Below the pieces are notes generated by a model. That model was not told the origin of the DNA, did not search any database, and saw nothing but the letters and a program-made list of their open reading frames with translations. A program made the position numbers and the translations under genes. Of a stretch of 64,000 nt of DNA, positions 34,597 to 43,876 are shown piece after piece; position 1 is the first letter of the stretch, and every line of letters starts with the position of its first letter. The DNA comes from Candidatus Micrarchaeota archaeon (GTDB lineage Archaea; Micrarchaeota; Micrarchaeia; Norongarragalinales; SBBD01): positions 160,001-224,000 of the forward strand of contig JAHJQN010000008.1 of NCBI GenBank assembly GCA_018819225.1. Direction: 5' to 3'.

Positions 34597-37179
34597 TCAT
34601 CTCTTTTTCGCGTCCAGTTTCGCCTGCCATTCAATGATTTCTTTATCAATACCCGCCATTAATTGGGCGTATTGTCCGTAATCGATTTCCCGTTTCATGA
34701 ATTTTTTAATGAGTTGCACCCGTTGTTCCTCGAGGCCCAGTATGCGATTCGAAACCTCGCGTTCCAACTGCTTGACAGACGGTGGAACCGGCGCCCGTTG
34801 TCTAAACGCAAAAAAGGCCATGACCGCCAGCAAGGCAAGAGCGGCCAATGCGGCGAGAATAAACGTATACATTCGGGTCGTTTCCTGCTGGCGCTCTAAT
34901 AAGTTGCTTAAACGCGATCCCACTTCCTGCCATAACAAACGCGCCTCATCCGTTCGCCCCTTTCGCTCGAGCTCATCCGCAATCAACATCATTCGCCGCA
35001 ATTCATCGGCCTCATCACTGTCTCCGAGTTGCGCAATATATTTCTGGAGTTCTCGCAAGCGTTCTGGAGACAGTACGGGAGATGAAACATTCGTTTCAGA
35101 TCCGTTTGAAATATTCGGTTTACCGGTTGGAGATTGACAGTTTGGAATCGAAATGGGATAACACATGCCTTCCACGCACGTATCCTGCGTGCAATCGTTC
35201 GCATCATCACAAATAACATGACAACACAAATCCCGTTTCACGCAGTCCCTCCAGTATCCGTTGATACACGAGCGCAACCCATCACATTCATTGACGACGC
35301 AGGTCGTCAATGCGCCTTCCGGACTGCAGGGTTCAAGAGTAGGCGTTGGCGTAAAGGTCGCATTTCCAGGAGGCGTTGGCGAGGCATTGGCTTCGCATTC
35401 ATCGGCGCAACAACGCCCAGAATCCGATGCATTGAGCCATTCGTCTCCGGGACACGTCTCTTCCTGGCCGCAAATATGGCCGTCCTGATCCGCGCACGTG
35501 GGAAACGGGGTAGGCGTTGGCGAGACGCCCGAACACGGCCCAACAGAAACAAAATCATCACAGCAATATTGTCCTTCCTCGGCAATGTCTCCTCCGCACG
35601 CGCAATTTTCGGAAATGATTCCTTCACGGCACGCATTCATCAACAAAACCGCTTCATTCGTTGCCAGCATAACGCTTTGAACCGGTTCCGGAGATAGCGT
35701 TCCGTCAATATTGACGATATGAAACGCTTCCCCATACGTCTTACTTTGATCGTTTAAGAAAATCTCTTCTTCCAAACTAAATGATTGGCATTCGGGAGTC
35801 GGGTCACCGCACTGCAAGGGTTTCCAGCGCGCCAGCACCAACCCGTAATCAAAATTGCGCGCCATGACAATAAACGCATGCTGACCAACGACTCCTCCGC
35901 AAACGGGTGCTGCGCCGGAAGTCAACCAATCAAAAAAGTTGTTGGTGCCCGTATTTCCTTGAAAATCACGAACGCCTCCGCGATTGATTTTGGGAGCCCC
36001 CAGATTCACCTCCACCATGGGATTCCATTGGTACGCTTGAGCGGAATCGCCACCCATTCGCTCGTTATATCCATAAAACAAATTCGGGTTCTGCACCAAA
36101 TAATACTTCGCAATGGAAAACGCGCGGGTTTTATCCCAGCCCGGAGAGGTCACATCATTAAATGAGAACACGCTCATTTCATGTCCTCGATTCGTCGTGA
36201 TGTCCCACGTTTCGTGCAAATCAAAACAATCCTTAATCCAAGAAGGCGTATTCATCTCTCCGTCATTCTTGGGGTTGACCCAGCTTAACGGAGTGATGTG
36301 ATCCAATTCGTCTATCGCCTCGTTTCCATAATATTCTTCAGGATCAATGGTGTCCATGGAGGTTACATCGTTGATGAAGAACAGGTTGGGGTGAGATGAA
36401 CGGAAATTAAAAGCGATACTCGAATAATGTGAAAAGTAAGAATCAGCATAATGGGTTTGCGGATTTATAAAATCCGAATACTCCCTTGTTTTTTCAACGT
36501 ATGGAACCGCTCCATTATACTCGTCTTCCGGTAAATACACGTTGTCTTCCCAGAAGAATCCGTCCGGAGTATTGGCTCCGGAATACGTTTCAGATAGTAA
36601 TCTTTCTAAATACCACAACGAGAAAACATGAGGAATGGGCCCGATATAGTTACGATGCCGCCATCCTTCAGTATACAACATAGAATCAGCCGGGGGGGCT
36701 TGAGACTGTTGCAGCTCTTCCGCATCACTACGATCACATTCCGACGGGGGATTCGTCGGATCGCACGTCATCTCCTCCTCGTTGACCAGATTACAACCTG
36801 GAACTGGATTCTGTCCGCTAAGTTTAACGTTGCATTTATGATGGAGAAATACTTTTTCAACCTGGTAATCTAATAATCCATTATCTAACTGGAAATCACT
36901 AAGCAACTGAGCGTAATCCGCTAAGATATAATTCATTCTGGCTATTGGCACCAAACGAACGCGTAAATTACGAGACCGAATAGCTCCCAAATTGTTTTCG
37001 AAATTTCCAATAGCCGTATCGTAGTGAGTGGCAATAAACAGTCTACTGTTCTGAAAATCGTCAGGACCCGAATCAGGCGCGTAAAAAACCGTGTTGATCC
37101 AGGGAAAGTAATCAATGGATTCCGTCGCACTCGCGAAAGGGGCGAATAAAAGGATGACCATAACGTAAGCGATGCGCAT
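34597..37179 (-). CDS. Membrane-anchored surface protein with putative glycoside-hydrolase (GHL15-like) domain, Cys-rich stalk, TM and cytoplasmic tail
   Basis: Signal peptide; DGFFWED and FSIAKYYL...W.P..E.NLGAP...R.F..GLVL pattern resembling the hypothetical GH15-like family; PTPTP linkers; Cys repeats; C-terminal TM. Confidence 0.65.
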   Translation of the reverse strand: MRIAYVMVILLFAPFASATESIDYFPWINTVFYAPDSGPDDFQNSRLFIATHYDTAIGNFENNLGAIRSRNLRVRLVPIARMNYILADYAQLLSDFQLDNGLLDYQVEKVFLHHKCNVKLSGQNPVPGCNLVNEEEMTCDPTNPPSECDRSDAEELQQSQAPPADSMLYTEGWRHRNYIGPIPHVFSLWYLERLLSETYSGANTPDGFFWEDNVYLPEDEYNGAVPYVEKTREYSDFINPQTHYADSYFSHYSSIAFNFRSSHPNLFFINDVTSMDTIDPEEYYGNEAIDELDHITPLSWVNPKNDGEMNTPSWIKDCFDLHETWDITTNRGHEMSVFSFNDVTSPGWDKTRAFSIAKYYLVQNPNLFYGYNERMGGDSAQAYQWNPMVEVNLGAPKINRGGVRDFQGNTGTNNFFDWLTSGAAPVCGGVVGQHAFIVMARNFDYGLVLARWKPLQCGDPTPECQSFSLEEEIFLNDQSKTYGEAFHIVNIDGTLSPEPVQSVMLATNEAVLLMNACREGIISENCACGGDIAEEGQYCCDDFVSVGPCSGVSPTPTPFPTCADQDGHICGQEETCPGDEWLNASDSGRCCADECEANASPTPPGNATFTPTPTLEPCSPEGALTTCVVNECDGLRSCINGYWRDCVKRDLCCHVICDDANDCTQDTCVEGMCYPISIPNCQSPTGKPNISNGSETNVSSPVLSPERLRELQKYIAQLGDSDEADELRRMMLIADELERKGRTDEARLLWQEVGSRLSNLLERQQETTRMYTFILAALAALALLAVMAFFAFRQRAPVPPSVKQLEREVSNRILGLEEQRVQLIKKFMKREIDYGQYAQLMAGIDKEIIEWQAKLDAKKR

Positions 37180-37223
37180 AAACGCCCTTAACCCATCTCG
37201 GAATAAAAAGATGCTGGAAAAGA

Positions 37224-37541
37224 CTATTTCTCCAGGGAAACGCCAATAGCGCGCTTAATGAGTGCCTGAATGTTTTCCTTCGCCGCTTCTCCGGTTGCGC
37301 TCACTTGGACGACCACGGGCTTAGAAATGAGTTCCAAACGGCGCTTGGTTTTCAACGCGAGACCCTCGAAATACGCGTCTTCCAGAATAATGATGCCCAC
37401 ATCCGCGCGGTCAAAAAGCTGGTTTAATTGGGCATCGGCTTCCTCGGGCGTAATCTCGTAGTTTTCTTGAACGCCGACGAGTTGGAAGCCCAACACCAAA
37501 TCCTTCCCCCCAACCACCACGATCTTATCCATATTCATCAC
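37224..37541 (-). CDS. atpF: A/V-type ATP synthase subunit F
   Basis: KIVVVG..D.V.GF.LVGV and IKRAIGV. Confidence 0.93.
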   Translation of the reverse strand: MMNMDKIVVVGGKDLVLGFQLVGVQENYEITPEEADAQLNQLFDRADVGIIILEDAYFEGLALKTKRRLELISKPVVVQVSATGEAAKENIQALIKRAIGVSLEK

Positions 37542-38569
37542 GCGGAAAACCGGAACAGCATACTTTTCAGCTCTTCCGTAAACTTAAACTGCTTGGCGTA
37601 CGCGATTTTTCGAATCGCGCCAATCTCCAATTGTTTCAAATACAAATAACTCATAATCGTGCTGAAATCCAGCACGCTCAAACGCAATTTGCGCATCACG
37701 TAACCGTAAAATCGGCGTTCCAACGCGATTTCCAAAGGAACCAGCGAACCGTTACTGCGCACCTCCGCAACAGCATCCACTGCTTTCGGATACTCCTTGG
37801 CCACCCGATCCAATATCTTGTCGAAATCCTGCAGCTTATTGAGATCATTGATCAGCAAATGATGCTTACGCACGAAGAACTCAGAACAATCGCGTTTAGG
37901 ATCCATGCGTTTGACGCGCAAGAGAATCATTAAGTCCATTAACGCAATACGCATGCGCACCAAATCCGCGACAAACGGCGCTTTTTGTTTCTCCGCCAAA
38001 TTCAGCAATTGATGGAAACGGTACGCATTTAACGCGCGAATGTACAAGCGGAAATCCCTTGTTTTATCGTAAGCCAACGCCTGTTGCTGAAGCGATTTTC
38101 CGAATTCCGAATTCTGCAGGGCGCGAATCACCGCTCCCACCGACTCCTTTTCCATCAAGGAATCCAAATTACGTTTGCTTTCCGCATTCAAAATGACCAA
38201 ATCGGTTTCTTGAATCGAGGCCCCCGTGTCCTTGACCGCCAAAACCGTTGCCAAATTCTGCACTTCATATTCTTGCAGCATCACGTCCAGCATACGCTCT
38301 CCTTTTTTCGGAGTGAATTTCATGATCTTGGCCAGGGTATGCTCCAAATCCGTTTTCAATGCATGCGCGATCAGTTCCATGCCCTCGAACTTCGTGCTTG
38401 AAGCCACAAAGGCATCGCGGTACTCGGTTTCCTCCAACAACTCAATTAATTCGGCAATACTAGGCACCTCCAACAGCTCCCGGAACTTGCTTTCAGTGAA
38501 CAGCTTGCTCTTCATGCCTTTTATTCGCGCATTCGCGTACGCGTAGGTGAGATCCAATAGTCCATTCAC
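37538..38569 (-). CDS. atpC: A/V-type ATP synthase subunit C
   Basis: YAYANARIKGMKSKL, YL..K..EI..IR.I, and operon position. Confidence 0.9.
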   Translation of the reverse strand: MNGLLDLTYAYANARIKGMKSKLFTESKFRELLEVPSIAELIELLEETEYRDAFVASSTKFEGMELIAHALKTDLEHTLAKIMKFTPKKGERMLDVMLQEYEVQNLATVLAVKDTGASIQETDLVILNAESKRNLDSLMEKESVGAVIRALQNSEFGKSLQQQALAYDKTRDFRLYIRALNAYRFHQLLNLAEKQKAPFVADLVRMRIALMDLMILLRVKRMDPKRDCSEFFVRKHHLLINDLNKLQDFDKILDRVAKEYPKAVDAVAEVRSNGSLVPLEIALERRFYGYVMRKLRLSVLDFSTIMSYLYLKQLEIGAIRKIAYAKQFKFTEELKSMLFRFSA

Positions 38570-39123
38570 TTGAATAACTGTTCGAACGCTTTCTGCTTGA
38601 CGACTTCATCGTTTTGTTCGAGCAATGCTTCGAACGTGTTATTGATTTTCACGCGACCATCCGCCGACACGACGATCACGCCACCCGCTGTTTCAATGGG
38701 CGGGCCCAATGAACCGAATCGACGGGCAAACACCGCGTCTTCCTTTCGCACCAGCAGCTTGCTCTTGCTGCCCACTTCACTCGTGCCTTGACGAATCAGT
38801 TTCTCCAGCAGAACGTAATACTCCTTCTTGTTCTTCGTTTGCTTCGCGAGCAGTACGCGTACACGCCCAACAACCTCTTCCACGAGATCGAACCGGGCGT
38901 CCTGTACAATGCGTGTCGCCTTAAGTTTAGCCGCAGAGACTTGCGTACGCTCCTTTTCAGCGAATTCCAAAGCGTTTTTGCGTGCCTTCTCAATGATATA
39001 TTGTCCGTTGGCTTGCGCTGCTTCACGGATTTGCTTACACTCCATATCCGCTTCCTTCTCGAGGCGATGGACTTCCGTAGACGTCTTTCGCCGGAGCTCC
39101 TCCTTCAAATTAGTGAGGGTCAT
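38566..39123 (-). CDS. atpE: A/V-type ATP synthase subunit E
   Basis: N-terminal coiled coil and GG.IV.S.DG.V.INNTFE..L. Confidence 0.9.
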   Translation of the reverse strand: MTLTNLKEELRRKTSTEVHRLEKEADMECKQIREAAQANGQYIIEKARKNALEFAEKERTQVSAAKLKATRIVQDARFDLVEEVVGRVRVLLAKQTKNKKEYYVLLEKLIRQGTSEVGSKSKLLVRKEDAVFARRFGSLGPPIETAGGVIVVSADGRVKINNTFEALLEQNDEVVKQKAFEQLFK

Positions 39124-39157
39124 GTCGCTTCATCCAAACCGGAATGGGTTTCGAACG

Positions 39158-39406
39158 CTAACCAATACCCGGAATCTTTCCGATCAAGAAGAACGCGACC
39201 AAGAAACCAAGAATAACCATGGTTTCGGGAATGGCCATAAGAATCAACACATTCGTGAACGTGCCGTCCTTTTCGGCCATGAGGCCCATACCTGCCGAAC
39301 CTATTGTGGACTGCGCCCACGCCGTAGCGAGTGCCGCAGCACCAACGGATAAACCGGCTCCCAATCCAATGAGCCCTGCCGTCAAATCTACCATATCATC
39401 CAACAC
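39158..39406 (-). CDS. atpK: A/V-type ATP synthase subunit K (c, single hairpin)
   Basis: Gly/Ala-rich two-TM proteolipid with ion-binding Glu in IPET. Confidence 0.92.
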   Translation of the reverse strand: MLDDMVDLTAGLIGLGAGLSVGAAALATAWAQSTIGSAGMGLMAEKDGTFTNVLILMAIPETMVILGFLVAFFLIGKIPGIG

Positions 39407-39480
39407 CTCTATTTCGTTATCTTTGAAAGAAAAAAATATAAACCCCCGCTCGGATTCACGAGGTACTTAAAGCGTATATT

Positions 39481-41379
39481 TCAAGGTTCGCCTTTCTCCC
39501 GTAACGGCTTAAACGCCACCCCTCCCCCTTCATAAAACTTTGAAAAGAACTCCACGTAATGCAGTCGCAACGTCTGAATCGAGGATTCGAACAATCCTAA
39601 CGTCATGGCCCCTATTTGTCCGAACACGAAAATAAGGAGGAACGCCACGAAACCAAGGAACGCGCCGATATCAAATGGTTTCTGCAGGGTTAGCATGGCC
39701 CATGTGCCGGCAAAATCAACAGGAACCTGGTTGATGATGATCGCGAGAACGACTCCGGAAATGCCGAGTGCCGCAATACGCAAATATGAAAGCACGTTAC
39801 TGATGAGCCCCGGAAGCTCCAGCAAATGCGTGGGCGACTCCAGCTTCGCGATCCCGCCCAATCCCAAGACCAACAAGCCAACGGAATACGGGTAGGGCAT
39901 CCAGAACTTTAACGGCACCAGAAACTCGAGCAAGGAAATGTCGGCGTTCTGAATCACGATGGCAATCAACGAAAGCTCGACGACAAGCCACGACAGCTTC
40001 GCGATCGCATGCTTCATATGCCTTTCCTTGAACTGCGTAAAGAATCCCAGTAAAAAGCCCATGGCGACGTGAATGGCCCCCACTAAAATCGACAAATTGA
40101 TGAGGGTTTCGGGATGCTCCAACCGGTGCAGCAAGGGATGCAGTTCAATGCCGAACAAGTCCTCTCGACCAAATGCCTCCCCGTAAATGAAACCAAATAC
40201 GATCGTGCTAAAGGCAGCCAATGCGAGCATGCCCGCAATGCGTTTCACCAACGCGTTTTTGGACTTGAGTTTCAAGAACAACGCCAAAAAGAAGCTGATG
40301 AGTCCATACCCGATATCTCCCAAGATCATGCCGAAGAACAACGGAAACGTCAAGAAAATGAAAAGCGTCGGATCCAAACTGTAACTCTTCGGAAGCGAAA
40401 AGAATTCCACTAAAAACTCGTACGGTCGAACGAGCTTCGCATTCGAGAGCTTGCTGGGCGGTAAATCGTTCGTTTCAGGGTATTCGTAAAATACGTTGGG
40501 AATGCGCGCTAAACGCTTCTCGAAATCCAGAACGTCATTATCCGTAATCCATCCCTCCACCACGGAAAAGTGAGCGGTTTTGCCGAACTTGAATGGCAGC
40601 TCCGCTTTCACGGCCAGTACCTTCAAACCCGCCTTCACTTCCTGAAGCTTCGGACCGTACTGCTCGCGATACGTCTTCAGCCGTTCCTTCGCGTTTTGTA
40701 ACTGCGATTCCGTCACGGCGAGCTCGCCCTCCACTTTGCTGAGTGCTTCCCCGAAACCCTCTTGCACGTCCGGAATCGCGTGCACAATCACACCGTATTT
40801 TAACACCAGCACGTTCACGTCCGTTTCCATGCGCACGTCAAAAGCTAACAACGCGTACCGCTTGCCATCATCGTTAACATACAATAATTCATGCGGAATA
40901 GTCTTCAGCTCGGCTTTCAACTTCTTTTCCGTGCCCGGCTTCAATTCAAAGTAAACGAATTGCACGGAAGCCCCTTCCAAATGAGTCGAATCCACATATA
41001 ACTTGCGGAACGGCAACAAGTCTTCTTTCCGCTCCACTAAGTGCTCCTTCTTCGCCTGCAATTCCTGAATGTCTTTTTGAATGCGTTCCGCATCATGCAA
41101 GCGCAGTTTCCCGTACTGCTTCTTCGCTTCTTCCAATGAATAAATCGGGGCCTCCGGCGCTTCCGGCTTAATGTGCAGCTGATGCTCCATCGCCCGCAAC
41201 TTAATCAACATCTCGGAAATGGGTTCGAACGAGGACAAGGGACGATCCAAATCCGATACTTGGCAGTCACGGACATCAATATCCCCGAAATCGTACAACG
41301 AACCGATCACGGACTCGACGCGATCCTTTAACGTAATGACGCGAACCTTCCGCATCTTCTGCAAATCCAGCATGGCCAT
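39481..41379 (-). CDS. atpI: A/V-type ATP synthase subunit I (a)
   Basis: FG.ILGDIGYG, SNVLSYLRI.AL, LRLHYVEFFSKFY. Confidence 0.95.
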   Translation of the reverse strand: MAMLDLQKMRKVRVITLKDRVESVIGSLYDFGDIDVRDCQVSDLDRPLSSFEPISEMLIKLRAMEHQLHIKPEAPEAPIYSLEEAKKQYGKLRLHDAERIQKDIQELQAKKEHLVERKEDLLPFRKLYVDSTHLEGASVQFVYFELKPGTEKKLKAELKTIPHELLYVNDDGKRYALLAFDVRMETDVNVLVLKYGVIVHAIPDVQEGFGEALSKVEGELAVTESQLQNAKERLKTYREQYGPKLQEVKAGLKVLAVKAELPFKFGKTAHFSVVEGWITDNDVLDFEKRLARIPNVFYEYPETNDLPPSKLSNAKLVRPYEFLVEFFSLPKSYSLDPTLFIFLTFPLFFGMILGDIGYGLISFFLALFLKLKSKNALVKRIAGMLALAAFSTIVFGFIYGEAFGREDLFGIELHPLLHRLEHPETLINLSILVGAIHVAMGFLLGFFTQFKERHMKHAIAKLSWLVVELSLIAIVIQNADISLLEFLVPLKFWMPYPYSVGLLVLGLGGIAKLESPTHLLELPGLISNVLSYLRIAALGISGVVLAIIINQVPVDFAGTWAMLTLQKPFDIGAFLGFVAFLLIFVFGQIGAMTLGLFESSIQTLRLHYVEFFSKFYEGGGVAFKPLREKGEP

Positions 41380-41407
41380 AAAAGGTTCCTTAAATAGCTG
41401 TATTCCA

Positions 41408-41752
41408 TCACGAAGCCTTAAGCACGAGAGGCAATAATTTCTCCGCCACGCGCTCCACGTCCTTTCCGCGCTTCAAGCGCTCCGCTTCCTTCTCCGCATC
41501 CTCAATAATCGCATCGCACTCGCTTTGGATGCGCTTGAGCTCGGCATCCAACACTTTCTTCCGCTCCTTTGCCGCTTGTATGCGCGAATTCTCCACGATT
41601 TTCTGTCCGTCCTCCTTGGCGGCTCGAATGGTTTCCGCCTTCTTTTCCTCCGCCTCTTCCATCGTCTTCGAAGCCCGCGTTTCCTCTCGCTTCAATTCTT
41701 CGAGGTTTTCAGAAAATTCTTTTTCCGTGTTCGCTTGAAGTGGTTTCGCCAA
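41408..41752 (-). CDS. atpH: A/V-type ATP synthase subunit H (G)
   Basis: E/K/A-rich helix, first gene of the operon. TTG start at 41752 behind a GGAGGTG SD (track start 41815). Confidence 0.8.
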   Translation of the reverse strand: MAKPLQANTEKEFSENLEELKREETRASKTMEEAEEKKAETIRAAKEDGQKIVENSRIQAAKERKKVLDAELKRIQSECDAIIEDAEKEAERLKRGKDVERVAEKLLPLVLKAS

Positions 41753-41872
41753 CTGGCAGCACCTCCCACTAGTTCGTTTGGAATCATTCCAGAAATACGG
41801 TCGGGGGTTTCCCAATGGATTACTGGCAAACCATATTTAAAAGCCTTGGGAATCCGAGGACTTTGCGAGGGA

Positions 41873-43135
41873 TTACGTGCCTTCCGTCCACGAATTCAAG
41901 TACTTTTCCTGCGCGGACGTCAACGAATCGATTTTCACGCGATATGCTTCGAGCGTTAAACGCGCGATCCCCGCATCAATATCGCGAGGAATCTCATGAA
42001 CGCCGGGCGCGAGCTTCCCCTTGTTCTTGAGAAGATACTCGGATGCCAACGCCTGCGCAGCAAACGACATCTGCATCACTTCCGAAGGATGACCTTCTGC
42101 TGCCGCGAGATTGGCCAAGCGCCCTTCCCCAATCAAATACAAGTGCTTGCCGTCATCGAAATCGAATTTTTCGAGGTGCGGACGAATGGTTTCCACGTGT
42201 TTCGCCATCTGGCGCAACGCCTCCACTTGAATCTCGCAATCGAAATGCCCGGAATTCGCTAGCACCGCACCACTCTTCATCAATGCGAAATGGTCTTTCG
42301 TTAACACGTCCTTGTCACCCGTTACCGTAACAAAAATATCTCCGATTCGCGCCGCTTCCTTCATGGGCATGACTTCAAAACCATGCATCACCGCATCCAG
42401 CGCCTTAACGGGATCCGTTTCCGTGACAATAACGCGCGCGTTCATACCGCGAGCCTTCATCGCCAACCCTTTCCCGCAATACCCGAATCCCGCGACCACG
42501 AAAATGGATCCGGCAATCAATAGATTCGTCGCGCGCAAAATACCGTCGAGCGTACTTTGAGAGGTTCCTTGAACGTTGTCAAACATGTGCTTCATCGGCG
42601 TGTCGTTAACGGCAATGACCGGGAACTTCAGCGCCTTATCCTTCGCCATGGCCCGCAATCGGATCACGCCCGTCGTCGTTTCCTCCTGCCCGCCCCATAT
42701 GCCTGGAAGCAATTCCTTGCGTTTGGAGTGAAGCGTGCTAATCAAATCCGCGCCGTCATCGATCGTGATATGCGGTTGGGCATCCAATACGGCATTCAAG
42801 TGTTTGTAATACGATTCATGGTCTTCTCCGTTGACTGAAAAAATGCGAAATCCGTCTTCCGCTAAAGCCGCCGCCACGTCGTCCTGCGTGCTCAACGGAT
42901 TCGAAGCGCACAACGATACTTCCGCACCGCCCGCGCGGAGCGTGCGCACTAAAACCGCGGTTTCCTTGGTGACATGAAGACACGCGGCAATACGAACGCC
43001 TTTGAACGTTTTTTCTTTCTGAAACCGTTCCCGAATCTTTAGCAAGACGGGCATATGGCGTTCCGCCCACTCAATCTTCTTCTGACCTTGAGGCGCTAGT
43101 TTTACGTCTTTCACATCATGATCCATAGAATCCAA
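41873..43135 (-). CDS. ahcY: Adenosylhomocysteinase
   Basis: CLHVT.ET, SNPLSTQD, DDGAD, EETTTG, K..FDN, GHFD.EI, GHPSEVM. Confidence 0.97.
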   Translation of the reverse strand: MDSMDHDVKDVKLAPQGQKKIEWAERHMPVLLKIRERFQKEKTFKGVRIAACLHVTKETAVLVRTLRAGGAEVSLCASNPLSTQDDVAAALAEDGFRIFSVNGEDHESYYKHLNAVLDAQPHITIDDGADLISTLHSKRKELLPGIWGGQEETTTGVIRLRAMAKDKALKFPVIAVNDTPMKHMFDNVQGTSQSTLDGILRATNLLIAGSIFVVAGFGYCGKGLAMKARGMNARVIVTETDPVKALDAVMHGFEVMPMKEAARIGDIFVTVTGDKDVLTKDHFALMKSGAVLANSGHFDCEIQVEALRQMAKHVETIRPHLEKFDFDDGKHLYLIGEGRLANLAAAEGHPSEVMQMSFAAQALASEYLLKNKGKLAPGVHEIPRDIDAGIARLTLEAYRVKIDSLTSAQEKYLNSWTEGT

Positions 43136-43270
43136 CTCCCCATTAAAATGATGGAACGGCTCGTCGTCTTATTCGAATAACATCCACGAATCCCGCAATC
43201 TCTTGGAAGGCCAAGCTATAAAAAGCTATTTCGATATACAAACGATGTCAATACATCTAGAGGATTGTTC

Positions 43271-43384
43271 ATGGGTGCACGACCCCGAAAATGGAAAAAG
43301 GCCGGACGCATGCGCTGGAAGTGGATCCGAAAGCGCAGGCGCCGCTTGAAGCGAAAGATCAAACGCCGAGTTGGCGAGCTCTAA
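43271..43384 (+). CDS. rpl41e: Ribosomal protein L41e (eL41/eS32), 37 aa
   Basis: Below the track size cut-off. Translates as [37 protein letters not shown], with the archaeal RPRKWKK.GRMRWKW signature. Confidence 0.9.
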   Translation: MGARPRKWKKAGRMRWKWIRKRRRRLKRKIKRRVGEL

Positions 43385-43422
43385 CGCGCTAGATTTAAAT
43401 ACGTACGCTGCCTGCTCTACTC

Positions 43423-43872
43423 ATGAAGAGGGGAGTCGTTTTTGCGGTCCTAGTACTCTCATTGTGGACCTCGTTTGTGGCGGCGGACGTGATTTACTTG
43501 CATTGCCCAACCATTTTCACGAAAAGTATTTCGAACATCACGGCCAACTATTTTCAGGATCCCGGAACCGGACCTGCACCGGCATGCAACGGCTTGAACG
43601 TCACCATTGACGGCCAAGAAGCGATCCGTATTTGGTGCGTGCAAAACGGGCTCATGAAATTCGAGCTATCGACTCCCGAAGCGAAAACGTATACCCTGGT
43701 GGCCACGTCAAACACGGATCCCGTGTTCGGAGGGGACGGCACGCAGGAAAGCTGCACCGTGCGAAGAAGCTCGTTCAACGTCAACATCACTGTTCCCGAT
43801 ATTCCGATATTAATGATCCCCCTCATCCTCGCCGGAGGACTGTTATTCATCCGAAGAAAAAAATCGGTTTAA
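43423..43872 (+). CDS. Small secreted protein with a C-terminal VP(D/E)-TM-basic sorting signal (PEF-CTERM-like)
   Basis: Signal peptide, four Cys, and C-terminus VPDIPILMIPLILAGGLLFIRRKK. Confidence 0.7.
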   Translation: MKRGVVFAVLVLSLWTSFVAADVIYLHCPTIFTKSISNITANYFQDPGTGPAPACNGLNVTIDGQEAIRIWCVQNGLMKFELSTPEAKTYTLVATSNTDPVFGGDGTQESCTVRRSSFNVNITVPDIPILMIPLILAGGLLFIRRKKSV

Positions 43873-43876
43873 ACTC

